From Thermoproteota archaeon (GTDB taxonomy: Archaea > Korarchaeota > Korarchaeia > Korarchaeales > Korarchaeaceae): a stretch of DNA of 64,000 bases. Position 1 is the stretch's first letter. The number at the start of each line of letters is the position of its first letter. Under the pieces are notes generated by a model. That model searched no databases, was not told the DNA's origin, and worked only from the letters and a program-made list of their open reading frames with translations. Positions 28,483 through 38,346 of the stretch are shown piece after piece. The DNA lies in the NCBI GenBank assembly GCA_027491435.1, contig JAOZFG010000035.1, positions 1 through 64,000 on the forward strand. The letters are read 5' to 3'. Both the position numbers and the translations under genes were made by a program.

Positions 28483-28893
28483 TCACCCCACTACCACCAG
28501 GGCATAATAAGCCCAAATCAGCAGAGTCACGAAGAATAGCAGTAAGGCGAACATTAACAGGTATTTTTGAGGTCCGATTATGGATATTGGCCTTTGAGAG
28601 GGCTTCTTTACTGCCAGGGGCTTACCTACAGCTAGACCAAGCTCCACCAGTATTAGCCTGATTCCGTTGGCCACGTGGAAAGTGACCAAGATTCCCAATA
28701 TCACGTCCCCCCATGATCCAGGATGCCAGCCCACGTTGAAGAAGTGAGCTAGTAGGAAGGCCACTATGCCGAGCCCAGTTATCCTGTGAAGTATATACAG
28801 GGTCCTCTCCAGGGAGTACTCCTTCACCTTAAACCAGCCAGTGATTCCAGCCCTATTAAGGGCATAATACTCCTTATACTCCTGCTCCTCCAT
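28483..28893 (-). CDS. sdhC: Succinate dehydrogenase cytochrome b subunit (SdhC-like)
   Basis: LHRITG and FHVANGIR motifs; 3 TM. Confidence 0.85.
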   Translation of the reverse strand: MEEQEYKEYYALNRAGITGWFKVKEYSLERTLYILHRITGLGIVAFLLAHFFNVGWHPGSWGDVILGILVTFHVANGIRLILVELGLAVGKPLAVKKPSQRPISIIGPQKYLLMFALLLFFVTLLIWAYYALVVVG

Positions 28894-28905
28894 AACGACA
28901 CCCTC

Positions 28906-30624
28906 CTAATACTTCCTCTCCTGAGGTGGCCACTTGGTTATCACCACGGGTAGGTAGTCAAACTTAGGCTCTCCATCGGCTCCCCTGTAGATCATCGTAT
29001 GCTTTAACCAGTTTTCATCATCTCTCTTTGGATAGTCAGTTCTAGTGTGGGCTCCCCTAGTCTCCGTCCTGTTAAGGGCTGCCATAGCTGTCACATAAGC
29101 TATTTCGAGCATTGCGTCAAGCTCCAACACGTGCACCAAGTTTATGTTGTACTCCCTACTCTTATCGGCCACATGACCTTCGCCGAACCTCTCCCTAAGT
29201 TCTTTAAGCTTCTTTATGGCCGTTTTCAAACCTTCCTCATTCCTAAAGACGTACACGTAGTCTCCCATTGTCCTTTGCATCTCAGTCCTTATGTGGTAGG
29301 GGTTTTCGCCAGTTGAGCCTTTAAGCATCCTGTCAAATATCCTCTTCTCCTCAGCCTCCACTCTTTCCATGGGAACGTCTTTTAGACTGGTGTTTAGGGC
29401 GTAGTCAGCGGCCTGTCTACCGGTTAGCATTCCGTAGACTAAGCAGTCAGAGCTGGAATTCGTTCCCAACCTATTAGCCCCGTGAAGGCTAACACAGGCC
29501 ACTTCTCCGGCGGCCCAGAGCCCTTTAGCTGGAGTTGCCCCGTACTTGTTCGTGTGTACCCCTCCCATGGAGTAGTGAGCTACGGGCCTCACCGGTATCG
29601 GCTCCTCTACAGGGTCCACTCCAGCAAACCTTATGGCTAGCTCCCTGATATGGGGTAGCCTCTCATCAATTCTGTCCTCCCCTAGATGTCTCAAGTCTAG
29701 TAACACGTAATCTAGCCCTCCAGGTCCCTTGAACCCCCTTCCTTCAAGGATCTCAGTCATCTCGGCCTTGGAAACTACGTCTCTGGGAGCTAGCTCCATC
29801 CTCTCTGGGGCGTACTTCTTCATGAACCTTTCTCCCTCTTTGTTTATCAGATAGCCGCCCTCTCCTCTAGCGGCCTCTGATATGAGGATTCCAGATGGGA
29901 CTAAACCTGTTGGGTGGAACTGGAAGAACTCCATATCTTTCAGAGGAAGTCCTGCCCTGTAGGCCATGGCCATGCCGTCTGCAGTCGAGGAGTGCGAGTA
30001 CGTGGTGAACGGGTAGAGCCTGCCGGCACCTCCAGTAGCCAAAATCCCGGCCTTGCCTTTGAACACGTAGAAGTTGCCTGTCTTTAACTCTATGGCGGTC
30101 AATCCCCTGAACTCGTTGTTTTCTAGCAAGATGGACGTCACGAAGTACTCGTGATAGAACTTTATGTTGTCGTACTTCAAGGCCGTGTCGTAGAGAGTCT
30201 GCATGGCGTATAACCCAGTTTTATCGGCGGCGAAACAGGCTCTAGGGAATGAGTGACCCCCAAATTTTCTCTGGGCTATCTTTCCGTCGGGCCTCCTGCT
30301 CCAGGGCATGCCCCAGTGCTCTAGCTGCATAACCTCCTGGGGGGCAAGTCTGACGAAGAGCTCTACGGCATCCTGGTCGGCCAACCACGCAGCTCCCTTA
30401 ACCGTATCCCATGCGTGTAAGTCGTAACTATCGCCCTCATCCAAGTAGAGGGCGGCGCCGGTGCCTCCTGCGTAGGCCACAGAGTGGGACCTCATGGCAT
30501 GTACCTTCGTTAGGACGGCTATCTCAAGCTTCCCCTTGCTCCTTCTAGCCGCTTCAATGGCTGCCCTTAGCCCCGCTAGACCGGAGCCCACAATAAGCAC
30601 ATCCGCACTAATAAGCTCTACCAA
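28906..30624 (-). CDS. sdhA: Succinate dehydrogenase/fumarate reductase flavoprotein
   Basis: GSGLAG, RSHS (FAD-binding His), QFHPTG, HYSMGG and HGANRLG motifs. TTG at 30624 after GGGAGGG preferred over the ORF-track start at 30663. Confidence 0.95.
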   Translation of the reverse strand: MVELISADVLIVGSGLAGLRAAIEAARRSKGKLEIAVLTKVHAMRSHSVAYAGGTGAALYLDEGDSYDLHAWDTVKGAAWLADQDAVELFVRLAPQEVMQLEHWGMPWSRRPDGKIAQRKFGGHSFPRACFAADKTGLYAMQTLYDTALKYDNIKFYHEYFVTSILLENNEFRGLTAIELKTGNFYVFKGKAGILATGGAGRLYPFTTYSHSSTADGMAMAYRAGLPLKDMEFFQFHPTGLVPSGILISEAARGEGGYLINKEGERFMKKYAPERMELAPRDVVSKAEMTEILEGRGFKGPGGLDYVLLDLRHLGEDRIDERLPHIRELAIRFAGVDPVEEPIPVRPVAHYSMGGVHTNKYGATPAKGLWAAGEVACVSLHGANRLGTNSSSDCLVYGMLTGRQAADYALNTSLKDVPMERVEAEEKRIFDRMLKGSTGENPYHIRTEMQRTMGDYVYVFRNEEGLKTAIKKLKELRERFGEGHVADKSREYNINLVHVLELDAMLEIAYVTAMAALNRTETRGAHTRTDYPKRDDENWLKHTMIYRGADGEPKFDYLPVVITKWPPQERKY

Positions 30625-31071
30625 AGTTTTTCCCTCCCAGAGCTGGCTATGGTCACATGGCATAGTGAATAAGATAAACGTTACATGGCGACCACTAGTT
30701 TTTCCTAATTCGCCTGTTATATCGTTTGAGGAGGTAAACCCCTAGATTGCTTGGAACGCCCTGATGGTCTCTATTAATCCCGTGTTGAGGCCATAGTTCG
30801 TCCTTCCATCGTCTTAGAAGCCATCGAGGCCTTATTCACCCATCTGATTTAATTTATATACTTGCATTCCTGGAAATTCTATCCCTCTTCCCTGAGGGGA
30901 AGCCAAGGTGTTCTCAAGTCACCCAAGTAATCATTCCAATGAGTCATTTAACTGATCGAGGCCCTTAGATCCCCTCACGTTGCGAGATGAGCCTTCGTCG
31001 ATGATGGTTAACTATTTAAAGTACTGTCGAAGTTTAATCCTTAACCGAAGAGGGGGAAGGGGTGTTTCGAT

Positions 31072-31261
31072 CATGTTGATGTTAAGTCAGTTAGGGAACG
31101 TCATGAAAAATGTTTTTGCAGCGACGTCAGCGTCGTTCAACACGATGACTATGTGGACGCTGGTGGGAGTAATCGGCATGTTCATCTTGGGCACGATAAT
31201 CTACACCTGCTACTCTAGGTACTTGGGATTCCCGGATGAGGAAGGTGATTCGAATGAGTGA
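31072..31261 (+). CDS. Small single-TM protein upstream of the Rieske gene (start approximate)
   Basis: One hydrophobic helix (WTLVGVIGMFILGTIIY); its end overlaps the Rieske start. Confidence 0.5.
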
Positions 31262-31772
31262 TGATGGAAATGTGGTGAGCAGGAGGGATTTCATTAAAGG
31301 GGGCTTCGCAGCCTCGGTGGCCCTAGCGGCCGCCGCTGTAGGGGCTCCCCTAGTTCAATACATCCAATCGGAGAAGGTGGTAGTGGGTAAGGTATCTGGC
31401 GAGCAGAAAAACAAGTTACCGATGAAGATAGCTAACGTCAAGGATCTAGAGCCTAACTCGCAGGTACAGTTCGTGATGCCAGTGAACCCGGACGGCAGCA
31501 AGGGCAGACATCCCTGCATTTTGATAAGGCTTAAGCCTGACCTAGCAAGTAAGGCTGGAACCGAGTTTAAAGCCTTCAGCGCCATATGCACCCACCTAGG
31601 TTGTATAGTTCACCTGGATCCTGAGAGCTCTACCATCTACTGCCCGTGCCACGCCGGCTACTTCGACCCTGTAACTGGAGGGGTAATCAGCGGTCCTCCT
31701 CCAAAGCCCTTGCCTGAGGTCAAGCTTAGGATTGATGAGAATGGAGACATATGGGCTGAAGGGTGGGCTTGA
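31236..31772 (+). CDS. Rieske 2Fe-2S protein with a Tat signal
   Basis: SRRDFIK, CTHLGC, CPCH and GPPPKPL motifs; probable start is the ATG at 31254. Confidence 0.93.
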   Translation: MRKVIRMSDDGNVVSRRDFIKGGFAASVALAAAAVGAPLVQYIQSEKVVVGKVSGEQKNKLPMKIANVKDLEPNSQVQFVMPVNPDGSKGRHPCILIRLKPDLASKAGTEFKAFSAICTHLGCIVHLDPESSTIYCPCHAGYFDPVTGGVISGPPPKPLPEVKLRIDENGDIWAEGWA

Positions 31773-33178
31773 TGGGTAGAGAGGAAAAGGGGTGTATCTC
31801 CTACTTCGTTGACTGGATAATAGATAGAATGGGGGCGAGGGAGTTCACAGAATCGATAGTGTCAAGACACGCCCTACACCCCATGTACAGCTTGGGAGGC
31901 CTAACGACCACCATGTTCATACTCCAGGCTATAACAGGCGTCCTATTGCTGATTTTCTACGTGCCCCTTTTCGGGGAGACCAACATAGCCTACGACAGCA
32001 TAGTTAGAATTAACGAGGAAGTGGCTTACGGTTACGTTATAAGGAATTTGCACTCGCTAGGGGCTAACTTGATGATCTTCCTGGCCATGTTGCACTTCAT
32101 AAGGGTTTACCTGACCGGCAGCTACAAGAGGCCCCATGAGATAACGTACATAGTGGGCATACTCACTGGAGTGCTGGCCATCCTAGCAGGAGTGACGGGT
32201 TACTCGCTTAGAATGGACCACATAGCGGCTGAGGCCATAAACATAGGGAGAAACCTCGTATCTCACCTGCCTGGCGGCAATATACTGTCTTCCCTGGTTT
32301 ACGGGACCGGTTCTCCCGACGAGATAGTTGGAAGATACCTGGCCTACCACATACTGGTGGCTGGTCTGATTCTAATACTAATGCTTGTGCACTTCTTCTC
32401 AATACATCAGCACCACATATCACCGCCTTACGACGACTCTGAGCCCGAGCCGGCCGTGCCATTCTTCCCTAACCACTTGTTAACGGAGGTCTCCGCCATC
32501 TTCGTGGCTCTAGGGGCCTTAATATTGTTGGCAGCGGTCTTGCCCCCGGAGATTGGGGAGAAGTTCCTGCCCACCAAGGAGCTGCCTGTAGGACAACCTG
32601 AGTGGTACCTGATGACCGTTTACGCGATAATAAAGACGGGCATTGACCCGGTCCTGGCGGGCGTGGTAATACCTGGCATAGGGATGCTCATCTTTGTGCT
32701 GATGCCTTGGATAGACCCCGCCTACTCTAGACACCCCAAGAACAGGAGAATAGCCACCACTTACTTCGCTATTTTCATCTCAGAGTTCATAGTCTTCTTC
32801 ATCTACGGCACCGTGACTCCGGGACAGCAGATACCTCTGATTAACGCCATAGCAGTGGCCCTCGTGGTGGCTTTGGTTTCTGGTGCACTGGCCCTCAAGT
32901 ACACCTCAAAGCCCAGGCCTCCGACCGAAAAGCCTAGGGTGAGAAGGGTTAGGATTTACCCGCAGATACTGAAGTGGCTCCCCTACATATTCTGGGTGCT
33001 GGTTATACTGCAGGCGGTAACCCTGGGTTACGCTGTGAGCTATCACTTAAACGAGATGTACGACATGGCAGCTGCCCTATTTGGCCTCTCAATAGTTCTG
33101 TTCGGCTGGGCTTTCTTCACTGCCAAAGTATACCTGCTCGATTACAAGTATATCACCAAGCCCGTGCCGGCCGAGTAA
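31763..33178 (+). CDS. Cytochrome b of a Rieske/cytb complex with extra C-terminal TMs
   Basis: IRNLHSLGAN, LHFIR, YH..HF heme ligands, PFFP and PEWY Qo motif. Confidence 0.92.
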   Translation: MGLMGREEKGCISYFVDWIIDRMGAREFTESIVSRHALHPMYSLGGLTTTMFILQAITGVLLLIFYVPLFGETNIAYDSIVRINEEVAYGYVIRNLHSLGANLMIFLAMLHFIRVYLTGSYKRPHEITYIVGILTGVLAILAGVTGYSLRMDHIAAEAINIGRNLVSHLPGGNILSSLVYGTGSPDEIVGRYLAYHILVAGLILILMLVHFFSIHQHHISPPYDDSEPEPAVPFFPNHLLTEVSAIFVALGALILLAAVLPPEIGEKFLPTKELPVGQPEWYLMTVYAIIKTGIDPVLAGVVIPGIGMLIFVLMPWIDPAYSRHPKNRRIATTYFAIFISEFIVFFIYGTVTPGQQIPLINAIAVALVVALVSGALALKYTSKPRPPTEKPRVRRVRIYPQILKWLPYIFWVLVILQAVTLGYAVSYHLNEMYDMAAALFGLSIVLFGWAFFTAKVYLLDYKYITKPVPAE

Positions 33179-33254
33179 CCTCCCTTAATTTTTTGGCTTT
33201 GAAGGGAACGACTAGCAGGGGCTAAAGTATTTAAGTCGTTGGGGCCGGGCCCAC

Positions 33255-34067
33255 TTGAAGGTGTGGGCCTTGAACAAAGATATGCTCGTAGTTCTGGGCG
33301 TCATCGTGATCATCGTAGGCGTTCTGGGCTACTTCTACTACAACGTATCCAAGGGAGTTGCCCCAGGCCTTTTAAAGGAGGAAGCTCAAACCAGTCAAGC
33401 ACAAGCTGAGGGAGGCGCTAAAGGCACTAAAACCACCACGAAGGCTGGACAATCTCCTGTCTCGGGCTCCTCTGGGAGCCCGCCGGACTTCGCGTCCCTG
33501 TTTTTGAAGACCAAGGAGTTCAAGGCCACCTATGACTACTACGTGAAGAAGGTCAAGAAGGGCCAGATCACTTACTACATGAAGGGAGATAAGAGGAGGA
33601 TGGACATCTCCACCGATAAGGGCAAAATCATAAGCATATACTCGAAGGACAAAACGATATTCTGTATGAAACAGAGCGAGAGCAGCCAGTGGGTCTGCTA
33701 TTCCCTTAAAGCCGGGCAGAAGCCCCCGCAGCAGCAGGAGCAGAGTGGAAGCTCCGCTGAGGATCCAGTGGAGGTCTCTCAGAAGAAGTTCACTAAGCCG
33801 GTTTACAACGGCACCAGGAAGATAGCAGGCAAGACTTGCCACTGCTATTACGTCAAGACCACTGAAACTCAGCAGGGGAAGAATTACAAGGTCACCTACG
33901 AGATTTGTGTAACTACCGACGGGATATTCGCTTACTTCTACTATAAGGCGGTGATAGGCAATCAGGCTAGCGTCTACTGGATGGTCCTGAAGTCATACAG
34001 CACGAAGGTATCGGATATAGCCTTTAACCCGCCAGTCCAGCCTCAGGAGCTTCCAACGTCGTCCTAG
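33255..34067 (+). CDS. Membrane-anchored extracellular protein, beta-rich (LolA/DUF4412-like appearance)
   Basis: N-terminal TM, S/T/Q linker, beta-strand pattern, KIAGKTC and FNPP end. Confidence 0.65.
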   Translation: MKVWALNKDMLVVLGVIVIIVGVLGYFYYNVSKGVAPGLLKEEAQTSQAQAEGGAKGTKTTTKAGQSPVSGSSGSPPDFASLFLKTKEFKATYDYYVKKVKKGQITYYMKGDKRRMDISTDKGKIISIYSKDKTIFCMKQSESSQWVCYSLKAGQKPPQQQEQSGSSAEDPVEVSQKKFTKPVYNGTRKIAGKTCHCYYVKTTETQQGKNYKVTYEICVTTDGIFAYFYYKAVIGNQASVYWMVLKSYSTKVSDIAFNPPVQPQELPTSS

Positions 34068-34657
34068 CCCCCGGAGTCGAGTACCTTCACTCACGGCTCC
34101 TTCCCCAAAATTTCATGATGTCCTGCAAGCTAGCCTAAGTCCACGCCCTCAAGCTCCTGCAAAGTCAACTTCCGGCGAGGAATGGGTTCAACTCTCTCCC
34201 AAGGGGTTTATTGTCCCCTAACACCCTTCAGGTAGGGGTTAAATGACCCCTTCTATATACTCCACCGCCTCCCTCAACGTAGTTCCTTCTTACCTACTAA
34301 TTCAATTCCCCCCAAAGTCTCCGGCCCCGCTGAGTAGGATGATCGTCAAGCGTCCTTCCATCCTTATGGCCTGAGTTTTGAACCTACACGAAGCTACCCA
34401 CAATTCTTCGCGTGAAGCGTTTACGTGAGCTACGTGGGCGCTGTTTCTCCTAAGATAACGCCTCAAGCAAGGGGTAGACCAGGAATGTACACCTTTCCCT
34501 AAATGGATTAAAATATATCAATATTTTATGACAGAGTGGTGAATTGATTTTAAGTAAAAGTTTATAGTCTAGACCCGTCTCAAAGTTCGATATGATATAG
34601 TTATATAACAAGAATTTTGACTTATAAGTGAGGCCTCCCTAATTATAGGGGGGTGAG

Positions 34658-34915
34658 ATGTTGATAGTGACCGAGCTGGAGTACGGATACAACGCCGTCA
34701 TGATGGAGCTCAGGTCCTACCTGATGGGCGATGACTCCAAGTTTGAGGAGGTGATCAGCGTCATCAGGATGCTCCCAAAGGAGGTCAGGTCTGAGCTCTT
34801 GAGGGTAGCTGAGAGCAACCTGAGGACTTGGTATAACATGGGCGTCCTCGACGATAGGGGGTACGAGGAGGCCAGAAGAAGGCTTAACAGGCTTATCTCT
34901 TCGCTAGAGGACTGA
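34658..34915 (+). CDS. Hypothetical protein, 85 aa
   Basis: GGGGGTGAG RBS, upstream TTATAA box, host-like codons. Confidence 0.65.
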   Translation: MLIVTELEYGYNAVMMELRSYLMGDDSKFEEVISVIRMLPKEVRSELLRVAESNLRTWYNMGVLDDRGYEEARRRLNRLISSLED

Positions 34916-34965
34916 AGGGGAAATCCCCCATCAAACTTTATTAGGGTCCTTGAACCCTGATTTAC

Positions 34966-36591
34966 GTGCCAACCAAGCTGGTAATCATAACAGGAGGGGT
35001 CATCAGCGGCCTTGGAAAGGGAGTAATATCAGCCTCCGTGGGCAAGCTGCTTCAGTCTATGGGCCTTTCAGTCTCAATGATCAAGATAGATCCTTACCTC
35101 AACCCGGATCCCGGCACCTTAAATCCTGTGGAGCACGGGGAGGTATTCATAACCGAGGAGGTGTGGAACTTCAGCCCTGGAGGCGGCGTATCATTTAAGA
35201 TAGCTGAGATAGACGAGGACTTTGGACATTATGAGAGGTTTCTGGACGTATACATGCACCCCTCTAACAACATAACCAGCGGCCAGGTGATGTTGAGCGT
35301 CATATTGGGGGAGAGGAAGGGCGAGTACCTAGGCAGGACAATCAGGCTCATACCTCACGTCACGGACAAGATCAAGGAGAGGGTCAAAGAGGTTATAGAT
35401 AGGGAGAGGCCCGACGTCGTCATAGTTGAGTTAGGAGGCACGGTAGGAGACTACGAGGCCATGCCCTTCGTTGAGGCCTTGAGGCAGTTGAAGCTTGAGT
35501 TCGGCAACGGCAACTCCATGCACATACACGTAACCTACGTTCCCTACGTTCGGACGGTGGGTGAGTTCAAGACCAAGCCGGCTCAGCTCTTCTTCAGGGA
35601 GGTGTTAGCTGCCGGCCTTCCGCCTGACGTGGTCATAGCAAGGGTGGAGGGCGGCCTCCCTCCTGATGTTAGAGACAAGTTGGCCCTCTACGCTAGCGTG
35701 CCTCCAGATGCAGTCTTCGAGGACCCTGACTTGGACACCGTTTATGAGCTCCCCCTATACCTTGAGGAGAAGGGCTTCAGCAGGATACTTAAGAAGAAGC
35801 TTCGCATAGATGGCGAAGTTAACTTGGCCGAGTGGAAGGCCATAGTGGACTCCTTCAAGAGCTGTGACAGGGAGCTCAAGGTGGCCATGGTGGGAAAGTA
35901 TTGGAGGATGTCCGACGTTTACATCTCAATAGTGGAGGCTTTGAAGCACGCGGGTGCCTACAGAGGGGCTCACGTAAACATAGTGCCAGTAGACTCAGAG
36001 GAGCTTGAGAGGGGGAACGACTGGAATCTCTTGGAGGGGGCCGATGGTGTTCTCCTGACTCCTGGATTTGGGTCCAGAGGAACTGAGGGTATGATAAAGG
36101 CTGCTGAATGGGGGCTCGACTCGGACAAGCCCTTGCTGGGAATATGTTTTGGAGCCCAGCTGTCTACGGTGGCCTTCGCCAGGAAGGTGATGGGGTGGCG
36201 GGAGGCTAACTCCACTGAGATAGATCCAAGCACCCCCTATCCAGTGATAGACTTGTTGCCGGAGCAGAAGAGCGTGGAACTCATCGGGGGGACGATGAGG
36301 CTTGGAGGACATGAGGTTAAGCTGCTAGGCGGCAAGTTGAGGGAAGTTTACAGCAGGGAGGTGGTGGTGGAGAGATTCAGACACAGGTACCACATAATGA
36401 ACGATTACGCTTACAGGATGGAGGATAAGGGGTATAGGGTAGTGGCCACCGACTTGAGCGGTGAGATAATAAACGCCTTTGAGGTGGAGTGGCACCCCTT
36501 CTTCCTAGGGGTTCAGTTTCACCCGGAGTTCAAGTCTAGGCCCGGCAAGCCGAGCCCCACATACCTGGCCTTCGTGGAGGCGATGCTATGA
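34966..36591 (+). CDS. pyrG: CTP synthase
   Basis: GGVISGLGKG, KIDPYLN, GHYERF, GICFG and QFHPE motifs. Confidence 0.95.
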   Translation: MPTKLVIITGGVISGLGKGVISASVGKLLQSMGLSVSMIKIDPYLNPDPGTLNPVEHGEVFITEEVWNFSPGGGVSFKIAEIDEDFGHYERFLDVYMHPSNNITSGQVMLSVILGERKGEYLGRTIRLIPHVTDKIKERVKEVIDRERPDVVIVELGGTVGDYEAMPFVEALRQLKLEFGNGNSMHIHVTYVPYVRTVGEFKTKPAQLFFREVLAAGLPPDVVIARVEGGLPPDVRDKLALYASVPPDAVFEDPDLDTVYELPLYLEEKGFSRILKKKLRIDGEVNLAEWKAIVDSFKSCDRELKVAMVGKYWRMSDVYISIVEALKHAGAYRGAHVNIVPVDSEELERGNDWNLLEGADGVLLTPGFGSRGTEGMIKAAEWGLDSDKPLLGICFGAQLSTVAFARKVMGWREANSTEIDPSTPYPVIDLLPEQKSVELIGGTMRLGGHEVKLLGGKLREVYSREVVVERFRHRYHIMNDYAYRMEDKGYRVVATDLSGEIINAFEVEWHPFFLGVQFHPEFKSRPGKPSPTYLAFVEAML

Positions 36592-37241
36592 GGTGCCTAA
36601 TTTTCGACATGTGGGGAACCCTAATACACCCCGTGGACGACGACGCCTATTACAGGCTCCGGGTTAGAGAGCTCCTCAACTTGGTTGACGAGCCAGTCGA
36701 CGAGGAAGTGGCCCTGAAGGTGTACCTTAAGGTTAGGGATGAGTTAGACGCTTACAGGAGGTACACTCTTAACGAAATACCCGCTATTACAGAGATTAGG
36801 ATGCTCTTCAAATCCTTGGGCATAAGAGAGAATGTGAGCGACGAGGAGCTCCTTAAGGCTTACTCCACACCATTCATAGAGCTAACTAGGTTCTCTGGAG
36901 ACGTGATCAGGGAGGTCAGCGGTATGAGGTTGGGCGTCCTGTCCAACTCCCCCTACCACAGGATGGTGGTGGATAAACTCAGGGTTGAGGGCGTGCTCCA
37001 TCTGATCGACGCTGTGGTGACTTCTGAGAACTTGGGGAGGAGGAAGCCCTCCCCAGAGCCTTTTAAGGCGATCCTCGAGTCTTTAGGCTGTCAATCATGG
37101 GAATCCTTAATGGTGGGCGACTCTGACGATGACTCCTGCGGCGCCTGGGGAGTTGGGATGAGGTCTGTCAGGCTGGGACAGGGGAGGTGCGGTGATTACT
37201 TTATCAAGTCGCTCGATGAGCTTTTGAGGGTGATAACTTGA
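36588..37241 (+). CDS. HAD-superfamily hydrolase
   Basis: FDMWGT, LSN, RKP and VGD motifs. Confidence 0.88.
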   Translation: MRCLIFDMWGTLIHPVDDDAYYRLRVRELLNLVDEPVDEEVALKVYLKVRDELDAYRRYTLNEIPAITEIRMLFKSLGIRENVSDEELLKAYSTPFIELTRFSGDVIREVSGMRLGVLSNSPYHRMVVDKLRVEGVLHLIDAVVTSENLGRRKPSPEPFKAILESLGCQSWESLMVGDSDDDSCGAWGVGMRSVRLGQGRCGDYFIKSLDELLRVIT

Positions 37242-37522
37242 GGAGGAGACTTCTGGACTTCTTAGCCTGTCCCAACTGCAAACACTTTCCGCTCAAGCTT
37301 GAAGTTTTCCATGAAGAGGTGGTTGATGAGTTTATAGAGAGGCCTGAGAAGCCGCTTTGTGAGAGATGGTGCGCCTACACACAGAGTAAGCCCTCCAACC
37401 CAGACCTTTGTGTCGAATGCATGAGGTTAGAGGTCATGTCGGGCGAGCTTATCTGCGAGAAGTGCGGGGCTAAGTACAAGATAGAGGCCGGAGTTCCCAG
37501 GATGGTGAAGCCCGGGGAGTGA
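37238..37522 (+). CDS. Trm112 family methyltransferase activator
   Basis: LLDFLACPNCK...GELICEKC...YKIEAGVPRM. Confidence 0.85.
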   Translation: MRRRLLDFLACPNCKHFPLKLEVFHEEVVDEFIERPEKPLCERWCAYTQSKPSNPDLCVECMRLEVMSGELICEKCGAKYKIEAGVPRMVKPGE

Positions 37523-37523
37523 G

Positions 37524-38153
37524 ATGACTGAGGAAGTCGAGGCCTTGATAAACAAGAGGAAGAGGACTGTCAAGTTAATAATGATAGCAGTCGTGGCCTC
37601 CGGCCTAGTCATCTTCCTAATACTGTTACACCTCTACTTTTCCCTGGGAGTAAGCGAGCTCCTTATACCGGCTTTCTTCATACTTGCTACCCTCCCAGTG
37701 GACGTGGCCCTTGTCTACCACTTGATGAAATCGGCGGTTAGGAGGGAGAGGGAACTCCTAGAGTGCGTTATTCGCTTACTCGGTAGGCCCGGCATAAGAG
37801 ATTACTGGGGAGGGGTCATATTCACCTCCAGGGTGAGTGGAGGCTACCTGGCCATCAAGATCTCGGGAAACACTGTTGAAGTCGTCAGAGTGACTGGTGG
37901 ATGGGCTGAACCCACCTCTAGCTTCAGGTACAAGCTTGTCCCCTTCTGGGGCGCCACCTCAGCTGGATACCTTGGAGGGTGCTACTGGAAGAGGTTTGAA
38001 GGTAGCTGGGAAGTCAGGATACCTACCCCCGTCGGAGGGGGCGCCATCAGAATAAGTGGCGGATCTTGCGTCGCCATCAGGGCTAGATGTAGGAGAGGAA
38101 TTAGCTGCCCTGACTTGAAGGAGTTTCTGGAGATGGTGAGCGGCCAGGCGTAG
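37524..38153 (+). CDS. Hypothetical membrane protein (2 TM)
   Basis: Two N-terminal hydrophobic helices; translationally coupled to the upstream gene. Confidence 0.6.
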   Translation: MTEEVEALINKRKRTVKLIMIAVVASGLVIFLILLHLYFSLGVSELLIPAFFILATLPVDVALVYHLMKSAVRRERELLECVIRLLGRPGIRDYWGGVIFTSRVSGGYLAIKISGNTVEVVRVTGGWAEPTSSFRYKLVPFWGATSAGYLGGCYWKRFEGSWEVRIPTPVGGGAIRISGGSCVAIRARCRRGISCPDLKEFLEMVSGQA

Positions 38154-38225
38154 CCCCCGCCCTTCGACAGTGTGGCTCGGGTTAGGGGTTAAATTAATAT
38201 ATTGGTCAGGGTGAGATCAAGACGG

Positions 38226-38346
38226 CGGGGCGTAGCTCAGCCTGGCAGAGCGGCCGGCTGTAGTGGGCGCGGTGCTCCGTGCTCCGGCAGCGGCCGCCCT
38301 GACAGATACCGGCAGGTCGGGGGTTCAAGTCCCCCCGCCCCGACCA
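38226..38346 (+). tRNA. tRNA-Tyr(GTA) with a 44-nt intron at 37/38 (38264-38307) and encoded CCA
   Basis: Acceptor CGGGGCG/CGCCCCG (C1-G72, the archaeal Tyr identity pair), D arm GCTC/GAGC, anticodon stem GCCGG/CCGGC, GTA at 38260-38262, GGTTCAAGT T loop, ACCA end; upstream TTAAAT/TTAATA box. Confidence 0.93.

Noticed and set aside
33255-34067. Downstream Cys-containing protein as the missing cytochrome c
   Set aside because: No CxxCH motif (it has TCHC), and it is separated from cytb by a T tract and its own TATA-like box.
34336-34374. AGGATGA...CTGA as a second C/D sRNA
   Set aside because: Only 39 nt, with no internal D'/C' boxes and no terminal stem.
38154-38191. GC-rich hairpin upstream of tRNA-Tyr as an H/ACA RNA
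   Set aside because: Weak stem, no ACA tail, no clear K-turn.
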